This document shows, one piece after another, positions 1 through 8,750 of a stretch of DNA of 22,870 bases. This stretch comes from a virus. Lineage: Duplodnaviria; Heunggongvirae; Uroviricota; Caudoviricetes. The notes beneath the pieces are model-generated. The model was given only the letters and a program-made list of their open reading frames with translations. It was not told the origin of the DNA and did no database searches. Numbering within the stretch: the stretch's first letter is position 1; each line of letters starts with the position of its first letter. The stretch is taken from positions 64,001-86,870 of IMG/VR virus record IMGVR_UViG_3300036828_000615, one strand, 5' to 3'. The position numbers and the translations under genes are program-made.

Positions 1-468
1 CTGGATCGTCGACAGCGCGAGCTCGTAGGCGACCTCTTTGACGGGGTTGGGCAGCACGTCGTAGCCGTGGTTGAAGGTGACCTGCGCCTCGCCGGCCTGA
101 AACACCGGCAGGTAGTAGGGGTCGTTGCCGTAGTAATAGCCCGAGTAGGTGTCACCCCACAGCGGCCAGCCGTTGCGCTGAATCCAGCCGTCGGCATACC
201 AGGTGTAGTCGCGCTCGGGGTCCAGCACGCACGGATCATTGCTCTTGGGGAACACCGTCACGTTGCTCACGTCGGTGACATACCGGCTGCGCAGCATGAT
301 GATGCCTTTGGCGCCGATCGGGCTGACCTTGGTCGCCTGCACGTTCGGGAACAGGTGCCAGCCGCAGTAGATACGGATCGCGTCGCCGGCGACCTTCAGG
401 AACCAGTCCGGATCCTTGGTTTGAAACGCCTGCCAGTCGGGGTCCGCGGTGGAAACGAGATCCTGCAC
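1..468 (-). CDS. Head-to-tail adaptor/connector protein (truncated at window edge)
   Basis: Not in the ORF track. GGAGG then GTG at 468; frame open to base 1 (MQDLVSTADPDWQAFQTKDPDWFLKVAGDAIRIYCGWHLFP...YDVLPNPVKEVAYELALSTIQ). The IRxYCGWH and LPxxVKEV motifs and the position two genes after the capsid gene fit actinophage adaptors. Confidence 0.75.
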   Translation of the reverse strand, partial: MQDLVSTADPDWQAFQTKDPDWFLKVAGDAIRIYCGWHLFPNVQATKVSPIGAKGIIMLRSRYVTDVSNVTVFPKSNDPCVLDPERDYTWYADGWIQRNGWPLWGDTYSGYYYGNDPYYLPVFQAGEAQVTFNHGYDVLPNPVKEVAYELALSTIQ

Positions 469-479
469 GGCGTCACCTC

Positions 480-1016
480 CTACCCACTCTGCGAGAGCAG
501 CTCGATCAACTCAGCCTTGCGCGCGGTGGAAGGGTACTCGACGCCGCGTTCCTCCAGCTGCGCCTTGAGTTCGGCGACCGTGAACTCCCCGAGGTCTTCC
601 TCGTCGTCGTCGGCCTCCGGCTCAGGCACGGGCTCGGGCTCAGGCTCGGGCTCAGGCTCGGGCTCGGGCTCCGGCGAGGTCTGCCAGGCGCGAGTGGCGC
701 CGTCGGGCAGGTCCTCACCCGCGTCGTGGTCGACGACATCGACATCCTCCATCAGCTCACCGGTGGCCTTGTCGACCAGGATGACGTCGTCGTCGTCGTC
801 GGCCACGTCACCTTCCAGCGCGGCCGCCATCGCGGCCAGGTGCTCGGGCACCTCCTGGCCCAGCGCCTCGAACAGCTCAACCTGGCGCCGGACGGCCAGT
901 GCGCTGGCCGCCACCGGATCGCGCACGAACACACCGCCCTTGGGCGGTGCCGCGAGCCGGCCGAATTGACCGCTGGAAACCTCGGCCTCGGTGTGATCCT
1001 TACGACCAACGGCCAT
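480..1016 (-). CDS. Acidic protein with PE-repeat linker and C-terminal HeH/SAP/Rho-N-like domain
   Basis: AAGGAGG RBS before ATG 1016; 178 aa. The C-terminus LGEFTVAELKAQLEERGVEYPSTARKAELIELL has the helix-extended-helix pattern. Confidence 0.8.
   Translation of the reverse strand: MAVGRKDHTEAEVSSGQFGRLAAPPKGGVFVRDPVAASALAVRRQVELFEALGQEVPEHLAAMAAALEGDVADDDDDVILVDKATGELMEDVDVVDHDAGEDLPDGATRAWQTSPEPEPEPEPEPEPEPVPEPEADDDEEDLGEFTVAELKAQLEERGVEYPSTARKAELIELLSQSG
619..672. repeat. Nine tandem 6-nt units (mostly GGCTCR) encoding EPEPEP... linker
   Basis: ggctca ggcacg ggctcg ggctca ggctcg ggctca ggctcg ggctcg ggctcc read directly. Confidence 0.9.
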
Positions 1017-1061
1017 CGCTACCTCCTTGGGCGCCTGAGCGGAGATTACCGCCGGGAGGTG

Positions 1062-1278
1062 TCAGAGGGGCGCAGGTGCGGGGCGTGTCCGGAGAAGATA
1101 GTCGACCAATCCCAGCAGCCGCTCAACATCGTCATCGGCCATACCGAGAGCAGTATTGCACTTACCGCAGAGCAATCCGCGGACCTCGCCGGTCTCGTGA
1201 TCATGATCGACGTGCAGCCGCTTACCCCGCTCCTCCGACTCCTTACCAGTCGGCCACAGCCCCGGCCTGTTCACGCAG
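1062..1278 (-). pseudogene. Endonuclease VII (HNH-type) remnant
   Basis: [27 protein letters not shown] is the EndoVII core. The N-terminal CxxC is missing in frame and there is no RBS; a neighbouring frame reads [11 protein letters not shown]-stop. Confidence 0.65.
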
Positions 1279-1310
1279 GCGCGGGGTCTTTACTGCAACC
1301 TACTACGCAT

Positions 1311-1346
1311 ACCGAGCGGCCACCCATTTCTGAGTGGCCGCTCGGT
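1311..1346. terminator. 13-bp perfect hairpin just downstream of the capsid gene
   Basis: accgagcggccac-N10-gtggccgctcggt, 15 nt after the capsid stop. No U-tract, so terminator versus RNA stabiliser is unresolved. Confidence 0.5.
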
Positions 1347-1361
1347 CCTAAAACGTTGGAT

Positions 1362-2813
1362 CTAGAAAGTGGGCGCGGTCAAACCCGTGATCTCGACCAC
1401 GCTCTGCGGATATCGGCCGGCCGAAAATGCTAAGTAATTGTAGATTTGGAGCAGCACGGTCAGATTTTGCGCCTTGGTCTCGGGCAGCACGCGCGCCCGG
1501 ATCCCGCTCTCCCAGAGCACCAGGTCGGAAGTACGCGCGACGATGATGACGTCGTTCGTACCGGCCGCGGTGCCCACGCCCGCCGTGGTGGTGATGTTCG
1601 GGTCGGTCACGACCGGCAGCCCGTGCATCTGGCCCACGACCTGCTGGCTGGCGACCTCCTCGAGGATGCCCGCGGCGTTGAACGGGTTGTTGGCCGACGG
1701 CAGGAACAACGGGCGCTGCTGACCATCCAGCAGGGACAGGAACCAGCCCCAGCGCCGGGGGTGCATCACGATCACCTCGGCCGGCAGGAAACGGGTCGTG
1801 TGGATCGTCTGGATGGCGTTGGCGATCGCGGAGTACACGCCCTGAATCGTGACCGCCGAGGCCGGCACGGTACCGATGCCCGGCGTCTTGTCGACACCGA
1901 GTACCTGACCGCTGACGCCGGTGCCACTCAGCACCTGCTGGTCGGTCGAGGCGGCGTGCGCGGCGACCAGGTCGCGGAACACGACGTCGTCGAAGGCGAT
2001 CGGGCTCTGGTCGATCAGCTGGATCGAAACCCCTTGCGCGCCAGCCAGAGTGCACACCGGCGCGTTGATGAAGGTGTCGGTCAGATCGACGTCCACCACC
2101 GGCACGTTGTCGGCGGTCTGGATACCGACCGCGGTACCGGTCAACAGCTTGGGGATGTTGATGCTGTCGGTTCCACCGGGCAATGGTTGCCGCTGCACGA
2201 GATTGGCGAAAGCCCTACCGGGACGGGCCAATTCGACGTACTGGTCCATGAGCCAGGCGGGTGGGACCGCATATCCGCCGGAGCCGTCGACCCGGGAGAG
2301 GTCGCGGTACTCCTTGTACTCGTCGAGCGTGGCGACGTCCTGGGCGTGGCGGAACAGCCGCTCGCGGCTGGACCCGTCGTAGTCGATGTTCATCTGGTGC
2401 CTGATGAGGTCGTTGACCCAGGACCGCTGTCGATTGCCCTTGGTGTAGATGGCCTGTTCCTTGACCGATACCAGGCTGTTGGTCGCCTTGCGGATACCGG
2501 CCAGGTTCTTGGCGATCTGCCCGGTGCGCTCCACCTCGGAGCGAACCTCGTCGATGCGTTCGTCGAGGCCGATGATCTCGGCGCCCTCGCTGCGCATGTC
2601 CTTCATGTAGCGGCGGTACTCGCCGTCTTCCTCGGGCTCGAGGTCCTCGCGGCCCTGCTCGCGGGCGAGCAGCAGTACCGCTTCGGCCTTCTGCTGGCTG
2701 CGGGCGCGCTTCTCGGCCGTGGCCTCGCGCCGCTTGACGAGTTGGCTCAGGAAGTCTTCCAGGCCGCTGGAACCGACACCGGTGTCCAGGCGGCTTTCAA
2801 GCATCTCGGTCAT
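1362..2813 (-). CDS. Major capsid protein, HK97 fold, with N-terminal coiled-coil delta-like domain
   Basis: 483 aa. Contains GGYAVPP, a YWxxE-like/pointer region, IVMHPRRWG, LHGLPVVTDPNI-type and LQIYNYLAF motifs; sits downstream of protease and portal. Confidence 0.92.
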   Translation of the reverse strand: MTEMLESRLDTGVGSSGLEDFLSQLVKRREATAEKRARSQQKAEAVLLLAREQGREDLEPEEDGEYRRYMKDMRSEGAEIIGLDERIDEVRSEVERTGQIAKNLAGIRKATNSLVSVKEQAIYTKGNRQRSWVNDLIRHQMNIDYDGSSRERLFRHAQDVATLDEYKEYRDLSRVDGSGGYAVPPAWLMDQYVELARPGRAFANLVQRQPLPGGTDSINIPKLLTGTAVGIQTADNVPVVDVDLTDTFINAPVCTLAGAQGVSIQLIDQSPIAFDDVVFRDLVAAHAASTDQQVLSGTGVSGQVLGVDKTPGIGTVPASAVTIQGVYSAIANAIQTIHTTRFLPAEVIVMHPRRWGWFLSLLDGQQRPLFLPSANNPFNAAGILEEVASQQVVGQMHGLPVVTDPNITTTAGVGTAAGTNDVIIVARTSDLVLWESGIRARVLPETKAQNLTVLLQIYNYLAFSAGRYPQSVVEITGLTAPTF

Positions 2814-2975
2814 GACGAATCCTTAATGAGGGTGCGATCAGATGGGGGCGTGGCCCGAACTGGGCGGATGGCTCGTCACCGCTCCGGCCCGTTTGGTGGG
2901 TTCGTCACCGGCACCTGGGGCACTCGGTCGGCGTTCCGGCGATCGGTTGTACGCGCGGGAACAGACCTGCCCGTG

Positions 2976-3014
2976 ATTATGCAACCAGGACGCCGCCGGT
3001 GTGAGCCGACACGC
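2976..3014 (-). promoter_or_regulatory. Candidate capsid-gene promoter: GCGTGTCGG box, 24 nt, CATAAT
   Basis: Motif at 3014-3006 and -10-like CATAAT at 2981-2976 in the non-coding gap; similar geometry at 12688-12649. Confidence 0.4.
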
Positions 3015-3015
3015 C

Positions 3016-3035
3016 GGTGCCCGAATTTGGGCACC
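3016..3035. terminator. 7-bp hairpin immediately after the stop at 3036
   Basis: ggtgccc-gaattt-gggcacc; no U-tract. Confidence 0.35.
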
Positions 3036-3185
3036 TCATCGCGCGGTCCACATCATCCACCACGGCGGGCGCCAGCCCGGCCATCGTGCCGAGGCGAGAT
3101 AGGCGTCGATCTGCTCCTCGGTCCAGCCCTTTCCGCGCAGATAACCCGCCTTCTCGGCGCTGGCCTGGGCCAGGGCCTCGTTCAT
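3036..3185 (-). CDS. Hypothetical 49-aa microprotein
   Basis: Not in the ORF track. ATG overlaps the upstream TGA; MNEALAQASAEKAGYLRGKGWTEEQIDAYLASARWPGWRPPWWMMWTAR. Confidence 0.55.
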   Translation of the reverse strand: MNEALAQASAEKAGYLRGKGWTEEQIDAYLASARWPGWRPPWWMMWTAR

Positions 3186-3355
3186 CACTCCTCCGGCGGC
3201 GGCTTAGCGGCCTCGTCGCGCTCATGCGCCAGCTGAGGCTCCAGCGCGGGATCGGCGGCCAGCCGCTCCTGGTCGGTCTTCGCCAGGTCGGTGTCGTGGC
3301 CCGGTTCGCCCGGTTCCTGCGCGTCGCCGGGGTCGTCGATGGGGGTGTCGGTCAT
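3185..3355 (-). CDS. Hypothetical 56-aa acidic microprotein
   Basis: Not in the ORF track. GGAGAGAGGG upstream of ATG 3355, right after the protease stop; MTDTPIDDPGDAQEPGEPGHDTDLAKTDQERLAADPALEPQLAHERDEAAKPPPEE. Confidence 0.6.
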   Translation of the reverse strand: MTDTPIDDPGDAQEPGEPGHDTDLAKTDQERLAADPALEPQLAHERDEAAKPPPEE

Positions 3356-3367
3356 TTCCCTCTCTCC

Positions 3368-5056
3368 TTAACTCGCTTTGGTCTTGGGCTGCATGGTGTC
3401 GGCGAAGCCGGACTGGCGGATCACGGCCAGCCCTTCGGAGACCTTGATCGTCTTGGGCTCGCCGAACTCGGCGCGCAACTCCTCGAGCCTGCGAGTCACG
3501 TCGGTGTCAGTGGGCGCGCTGGCCTGCAGATCGCGGATCTGGCGGCGGGCCTTGGCCAGCATGGTGCGCAGATCCTTGTCGCCCTCGGCCATGTTGTAGC
3601 AGGTGACAATGGTGGCTTCCAGCGCCTTGGCCAGGCCGAGGTCCAGGCCCAGCTCCTGCTCGTGCTCGTCCTCGTCGCAGTCCTCGTTCTCGCCGATGGC
3701 GCCCTCGGCGTCGGTACCGGCGTAGTCGTCCATCTCCGAGTGCGCGTCGGGCATCCCGCGCCGGCCCTTCTTCTCGTCGTCGTCGCCCTCGCGGCCGCCG
3801 CCCTTCTTGAACGGCTTGGCCTGCTTGTCGGCGAAGTCGCGATCCTCGTTGTCGTTGCAGGACTCGTCGTCGTCGTGCTCGCCGTCGCAGCTCGCGTCAT
3901 GCCCGCGGTCGGCAATCTCGTCAATCATCGCGTGTTGCTCCTTGTCGTATTCCTCGTCGTGCGGGTCCAACGGCCAGTCGGTGGGCCGCCAGACATAGGG
4001 AGCGCCCTTGAAGGCCGTGCCCCGCTTGGCCGAGGGCAGTTGCACCTCGCTGCCGTCCTGCAGGACCGCGACCAGCATGGTGCCACCCGCCGCGTCGGGC
4101 CGCAGGTCGATGTGGTCGACACCGCTCAGCGTCTTGGATTCGTCGACCGTGATGCCGAACGACTTGGCCGCCGACCGGAGCTTGCCCATGATCGCGGACT
4201 GCTGCTCGGAGGTGTAGCTGCCTTTGTTCTGGGCGAAGCGCGCCAGCGCGTTGCGCACCCGGGCGGCGGAGTTCAACGGGTACCGCTTCACGCCGTTACC
4301 CTCCTTGGCGGGCTTGCCCTTGCTGTCCAGGTAGCCCGGGTCGGCGAAGGTGGAGACCCCGGAGTACTTCTTGGGTGTCGACGCCCGGATCGTCGCCTTC
4401 AGCACGCCCATCGCCCGCTCCACCTGATCGCGGTCCATCTTGCGCAGCTCAACCAGGTCGTTGTTCGACAGCTGGGCCAGCGCGGAGACCGCCTCGGTGG
4501 ACAGCATCGCCGCCGTGTTGGGATTGGCGCCGTAGTTGACCACCGACACGTCACCCTTCTGCAGGTTGATCTCGGTGATGGTGCGCCGGGTGTAGGAGTC
4601 GTCCCATTCCTGGCCGTTGTTGGCCACCCGGAACGCGAAGCTCATCTCGTCCATATCGCCGCGGCGCATCTTGGGCATGAGCCGCTGCACGTCGGGGTCG
4701 GTCGGGTCCAGCGTGGCGCGCACCAGCAGCCCGTGCGGGTCGGTCGACAGGCTCATGGTGCCGCTCTTGGTCCGGGCCAGCGGCAGCCCTTCGTGGTTGA
4801 GCAGCAGCTGCACGTCGGGACTGGTGGACAACGTACGGTCGAACGCGCGGGTGTGGATCGACTCGTCCCAGCCCCCGCCGGTCGGACCGCCGTACACCGG
4901 GTAGGGCTGATCGAAGGTCGCCGCGTAGCCCTCCAGGATCACCTGGGGACGCTCGCCGTCGTTGCGGTATTCGTAGTGCAGCGGCTGCGCCATCCGGCGC
5001 TGCTCGCGCACGTCGAAGATCTTCGCCCGGAAGCTGTAGTCGGTGGCGGTGGTCAT
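3368..5056 (-). CDS. HK97-type prohead protease (S78) fused to an extra helical domain and an acidic scaffold-like tail
   Basis: AGGAGG RBS. The N-terminal ~190 aa has LEGYAATF, LLNH, DPHGL, MSFAFRV and EINLQKGDVSVVNYGANP motifs; 562 aa in total. Confidence 0.88.
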   Translation of the reverse strand: MTTATDYSFRAKIFDVREQRRMAQPLHYEYRNDGERPQVILEGYAATFDQPYPVYGGPTGGGWDESIHTRAFDRTLSTSPDVQLLLNHEGLPLARTKSGTMSLSTDPHGLLVRATLDPTDPDVQRLMPKMRRGDMDEMSFAFRVANNGQEWDDSYTRRTITEINLQKGDVSVVNYGANPNTAAMLSTEAVSALAQLSNNDLVELRKMDRDQVERAMGVLKATIRASTPKKYSGVSTFADPGYLDSKGKPAKEGNGVKRYPLNSAARVRNALARFAQNKGSYTSEQQSAIMGKLRSAAKSFGITVDESKTLSGVDHIDLRPDAAGGTMLVAVLQDGSEVQLPSAKRGTAFKGAPYVWRPTDWPLDPHDEEYDKEQHAMIDEIADRGHDASCDGEHDDDESCNDNEDRDFADKQAKPFKKGGGREGDDDEKKGRRGMPDAHSEMDDYAGTDAEGAIGENEDCDEDEHEQELGLDLGLAKALEATIVTCYNMAEGDKDLRTMLAKARRQIRDLQASAPTDTDVTRRLEELRAEFGEPKTIKVSEGLAVIRQSGFADTMQPKTKAS

Positions 5057-5072
5057 GATTCCTCCTGGTTGC

Positions 5073-6446
5073 TCACTGTCTCACCGGAACGCTTTTTCCG
5101 TTACGCGGCGCGCCGCGCGGCCGTCGGGGCGGCTCGTCCTCGTCATCTTCACCGCCGCCGTCGTTCTCACCGCCGGCGATCGGGGGTGTCGGCAGACCGC
5201 CTGGTGCAGTACCCGGCTTGATCAGCGGCGGCGGCGGGTTCATCAGGCCGGGCGGAGTGCCCAGCGGGACCATCGTGCCGGGGTGGAAGATCTCGTCGCC
5301 GCCCTCGACCGGGTCCATCTCCTCGCGGGCGCGCACCTCGTTGGTGGAGGTCCAGCCCGCGACGGTCGACCCGCCCAGCGCGTTCTTGTACGCCGCGAAG
5401 CGGGCTTCGATATCCCCGCGCAGCAGGGCGTCGAAGTCGAACCGCACGTATTGGCCGCCCGGCAGGCAGCGGTTGATCATGGATTCGATGCAGGCCGTCC
5501 AGGCGCGGAAGGTGTAGGTGATCGCACCCAGGGTGATCTGCTCGACGCCGGTGCCCCAGGCGGTCGTCTCCTTGGTGTCGCCGATGAGGATGGGCGGGAC
5601 GCCGAACATGATGCAGATCTCGGACCGCTGGAATTGCCGGGTGGCCAAAAACTGCGATTCCTCGGGGCTGATCGACAGGTTCTTCCAACTGAACCCGCTG
5701 GTCAGCACCGCAGGTAGCCGCCGCCCGCCGTGGGAGGCGATCCAGTTCTTCTGCTGGCGCTCCACCGCGCCCTCGTCGAGGTCCTGATCGGTCATCAGCA
5801 GACCTGACGGGTTGGCCGACTCCTTGAAGTAGCGGAAGCCGTATTCCTCTGCGCCCAGGCTCATCCCGATCGCCACCGCGGCCTGTTTGACCGGCGAGAG
5901 CCCCCACGGCTCGCCGGGCATGGTGAAGCGTCTGATGTGCAGCATGTCGGCGGGACTGACCTTCTCGCCCATGATCCGGTAGATCGGGTCGAACCACATC
6001 AGGATGTCGGGACGGCGCTCGAGGAACACGATGTCGGGGTGCAGCGGCAGCAGTGAGGTGGGGTAGTTCAGCCGGTCGCGGCTGGTGATCAGGTGATAGC
6101 TGTTGCCACGCAAGGCCATTGAGGCCACGACCATCCACTTCCACTGGAACAGGTCGAAGCCCGGGAACGGCTCGCGCAGCAGCACCGGCTGCGGCTTGAC
6201 CTCCTTGGGGATGCCCTTGGCGTCGCGCCGGTACGCCTTCCACGGCAGGCTCGCGATGGTGTCGGCCAGGATGCGCACGCAGGCATACACCGTCATGTTC
6301 GCCATAGCCCGGTGCACGCCGAGGTAGTCGTCGATCACCCCGACCTGCGGGGGCGGCACGAAGGCGCTGGTGGTCAGGGTGCGCTGCTCGGCACCGCCGG
6401 TGCCGCCGGCGCGGCCGGTGCGCAACAGGTTGGTCAGGACGCTCAA
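5073..6446 (-). CDS. Portal protein, HK97 family
   Basis: 457 aa, TTG start. VYACVRILADTIASLP, GNSY, LHIR, GLSP, ISPEESQFL and ICIMFGVPP motifs; between TerL and the protease. Confidence 0.93.
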   Translation of the reverse strand: MSVLTNLLRTGRAGGTGGAEQRTLTTSAFVPPPQVGVIDDYLGVHRAMANMTVYACVRILADTIASLPWKAYRRDAKGIPKEVKPQPVLLREPFPGFDLFQWKWMVVASMALRGNSYHLITSRDRLNYPTSLLPLHPDIVFLERRPDILMWFDPIYRIMGEKVSPADMLHIRRFTMPGEPWGLSPVKQAAVAIGMSLGAEEYGFRYFKESANPSGLLMTDQDLDEGAVERQQKNWIASHGGRRLPAVLTSGFSWKNLSISPEESQFLATRQFQRSEICIMFGVPPILIGDTKETTAWGTGVEQITLGAITYTFRAWTACIESMINRCLPGGQYVRFDFDALLRGDIEARFAAYKNALGGSTVAGWTSTNEVRAREEMDPVEGGDEIFHPGTMVPLGTPPGLMNPPPPLIKPGTAPGGLPTPPIAGGENDGGGEDDEDEPPRRPRGAPRNGKSVPVRQ

Positions 6447-6447
6447 C

Positions 6448-6849
6448 TCAGCCCCTCATCACCTTGGAGGTGGCCACCCCGAGCAGGATCAGCGCGATCC
6501 CGATGATCGCCAGGCCCAGCGCCGGATGCACCAGCCACCCGGCGACGCTCAGCGCGGTGATCCCGGTCAGCTCCAGCAGGGTGGAGAACAGCTCACGCCA
6601 GTCGAAGCCCGGCTCGCCCACCGGCTCGGGCAGGTTCTTCGGTGTCACCACCGACACCGGCTTCTCCGGCTCCTTGTCCCCGTCCTTGTCCTTCTTGGCC
6701 TTGTGTGGTGGCTCGGGCTCGTCGGCCCAGGGCGGCGGATCGGGCAGCAGCATCTCCGCGCGGCGCTGGTCCTCGAGCGCCTCCCGGGCGTCGGCGTACA
6801 GCTTGCCGCCGCCACCGAAAGAGACCACGTTGTCAGGAGAATCGCTCAT
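6448..6849 (-). CDS. Small membrane protein between terminase and portal
   Basis: 133 aa with two C-terminal hydrophobic segments; overlaps the TerL end and abuts the portal start. Confidence 0.75.
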   Translation of the reverse strand: MSDSPDNVVSFGGGGKLYADAREALEDQRRAEMLLPDPPPWADEPEPPHKAKKDKDGDKEPEKPVSVVTPKNLPEPVGEPGFDWRELFSTLLELTGITALSVAGWLVHPALGLAIIGIALILLGVATSKVMRG

Positions 6850-8428
6850 CGGCTTCCTTTCGCCAGGTGTCGAGGGTTTCTTCGTCGGGCCACTCCCAGA
6901 TCGTGGGTGGCCCCGGGGTCGGCGGCGGGTTGTTGAGCAGCCACACCGCCCCTGCGACCGCGACCAGCGGTGCGGCGTCGACCGGCGAGTTGCGCCGGGA
7001 GAAGAACCAGGCGTCCCCCGACGTGCGCGCGATCGTCGAGGCCGCGGCCCGGTCCAGGATCGCCGACGGGCGGTGGCGGATGGTTCCGTTGACGATGCCG
7101 TCGTAGAACTCCCCGGCGCCGCTGGCGAGCTGGGCCACCGGCGCGCCCCATTCCACCACGTCGAGCCCGGCCGCGCGCAGGTCCTCGATCATCGACGAGG
7201 CCGGTGCCCCGGTCTTCTGCACGCACAGTCCGGCGAAGTTCGCCTTGCGTTCGGCCAGCCACGCAGGCACCCACTCGGTGCCGGTGACCGGGGTTTTGAG
7301 CACCTCGGCGTGGATCTTGCCGTCGGCCCGCAGTGCGGCCATGGCGATGTAGGCGCGGGTGCGGTGGTAGTTGACGTCGACGCAGATGTAGGCCGGGTTG
7401 GCCTTGTCACGCTCCGAGTCCTTGTCCTTGGTGTCGGCCCACGCCTGGGCCGGGATGATGCCCGGGTCCAAAGAGTCCACCCACTGACATAGGTATTCGG
7501 TCTGGAAGCCCGGCATGTCCCCGGCCTCCATCGCCTCGAACTTGCCCATCAGGTCGTCCATACAGAACTCGTTGAGCAGCCCCAGCGCAGGCTGCGCCAG
7601 GTGCCAGTACTCGGGCTTACGCGGGTCCACGTCGTCGGGTACCGACCACTCGAAAAACCCGGTGCGGGTGCGCTCGGTGTTCCGCGTGACGATCGCGCGC
7701 ATGGCGGTCTCACGCAGGCTGCGCAGCACGATCGAGCGATTGTCCCCGGCGTTGGAGGTGACCAGCAGCTGGCTGCACGGGCGCACCGTGGTGGTCGGCT
7801 CAATGGCGCGGTAGGCGTCCCAGGTGGAGTGCGTGCGCAACTCGTCGAGCCACGCGAAGTCCACCGGCAGGCTGCGCCCGCCCGAGGAGTTGGCGGTCAC
7901 CGCGCGCCACAGCCGCCGGTAGGTGAGGATCGCGCGGTGCTTGCCGTTGGTGACGGCGTGGTTGAGCAGCTCGGGGGCCAGCAGCGGATGATCGCGCATC
8001 TCGTCCACGCAGTCCTTCAGTGTGGACTCCGCGTATTCCAGGTTCTGCGCGGCGACCACCGCCAGCTTCGCCGCCGGCCAATGCTTGCTGCCGCGCCCGC
8101 GCTCGTCCATGAACAGCCGCCAGAGCCCCAGGCCGCGGCCCCACTTGGTCTTGCCCTGCTGGCGCCCGACCATCACGATCAGGATGCGGAAGCGGAACCC
8201 GGTGTTGTCGGTCTGCTTCTCCAGCGCGCGGTAGTAGAGCCATTTCTGCCAGGGCAGCAGATGCCAGCCCAGGATCATTTCCAGGAAGTAGCAGCACAGC
8301 GGGCCCCAGGTGGCCTCGGGCCTGATGCCGTACTCAGCCTCGGGATCGACGTGTTCGGGCAGCGGAGGAGTGAACATCCGCGGCGTGGTGGACCCGATCC
8401 GTGGATCGACGTCGAGTGCAGTGCTCAT
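6833..8428 (-). CDS. terL: Terminase large subunit
   Basis: 531 aa. LLPWQ adenine motif, Walker A GRQQGKT, Walker B AWLDE, TSNAG coupling motif, C-terminal nuclease with CVDV and PVDAAPLVA. Confidence 0.93.
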   Translation of the reverse strand: MSTALDVDPRIGSTTPRMFTPPLPEHVDPEAEYGIRPEATWGPLCCYFLEMILGWHLLPWQKWLYYRALEKQTDNTGFRFRILIVMVGRQQGKTKWGRGLGLWRLFMDERGRGSKHWPAAKLAVVAAQNLEYAESTLKDCVDEMRDHPLLAPELLNHAVTNGKHRAILTYRRLWRAVTANSSGGRSLPVDFAWLDELRTHSTWDAYRAIEPTTTVRPCSQLLVTSNAGDNRSIVLRSLRETAMRAIVTRNTERTRTGFFEWSVPDDVDPRKPEYWHLAQPALGLLNEFCMDDLMGKFEAMEAGDMPGFQTEYLCQWVDSLDPGIIPAQAWADTKDKDSERDKANPAYICVDVNYHRTRAYIAMAALRADGKIHAEVLKTPVTGTEWVPAWLAERKANFAGLCVQKTGAPASSMIEDLRAAGLDVVEWGAPVAQLASGAGEFYDGIVNGTIRHRPSAILDRAAASTIARTSGDAWFFSRRNSPVDAAPLVAVAGAVWLLNNPPPTPGPPTIWEWPDEETLDTWRKEADERFS

Positions 8429-8637
8429 GGCGGCGGCCCCGGCGTGACCGGATCAACAGCACCCCAGGTCAGGGCGGAGCCGTTGCACCCGGTGTCCATA
8501 TGTGGACACCGCTGCAGCGTTACGGAATCGGCGCGGCAGTCGAGGGCCTCGCCGATCGCGTCGGCGAACAGCCTGCGAAGCGGTGCAGTGAGCAGGAGCC
8601 AGGCCGCTTCGAAGGCGTCGCCGAGCAGTTTCCGCAC
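8425..8637 (-). CDS. Hypothetical 70-aa protein coupled to terL
   Basis: ATGA overlap with the terL start; GACAAT-N6-GTG upstream suggests a leaderless start. Confidence 0.55.
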   Translation of the reverse strand: MRKLLGDAFEAAWLLLTAPLRRLFADAIGEALDCRADSVTLQRCPHMDTGCNGSALTWGAVDPVTPGPPP

Positions 8638-8670
8638 GTCATCATTGTCGAAGCGATTTGCCTATACCTT

Positions 8671-8750
8671 GTGTCAAGCACATTTCCCGGCGTGTCGCAT
8701 TCGCTCTCGGTGATCGTTGGGCGTGTCGGCACTGCGACCTCGGCGTGTCG
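8671..8750. repeat. Phased GTGTC (GACAC) boxes, three as GGCGTGTCG
   Basis: GGCGTGTCG at 8689, 8720 and 8742; GTGTC cores at 8671, 8692, 8723 and 8745 (spacing 21, 31, 22). Confidence 0.75.

Noticed and set aside
67-969. 300-aa plus-strand ORF with GSGSGS run
   Set aside because: Antisense shadow of the adaptor and PE-repeat genes; the GS run is the reverse reading of the EP repeat.
1446-5221. 596-aa and 734-aa plus-strand ORFs
   Set aside because: Antisense to the capsid and protease genes; long shadow frames are expected at this GC content and show no motifs.
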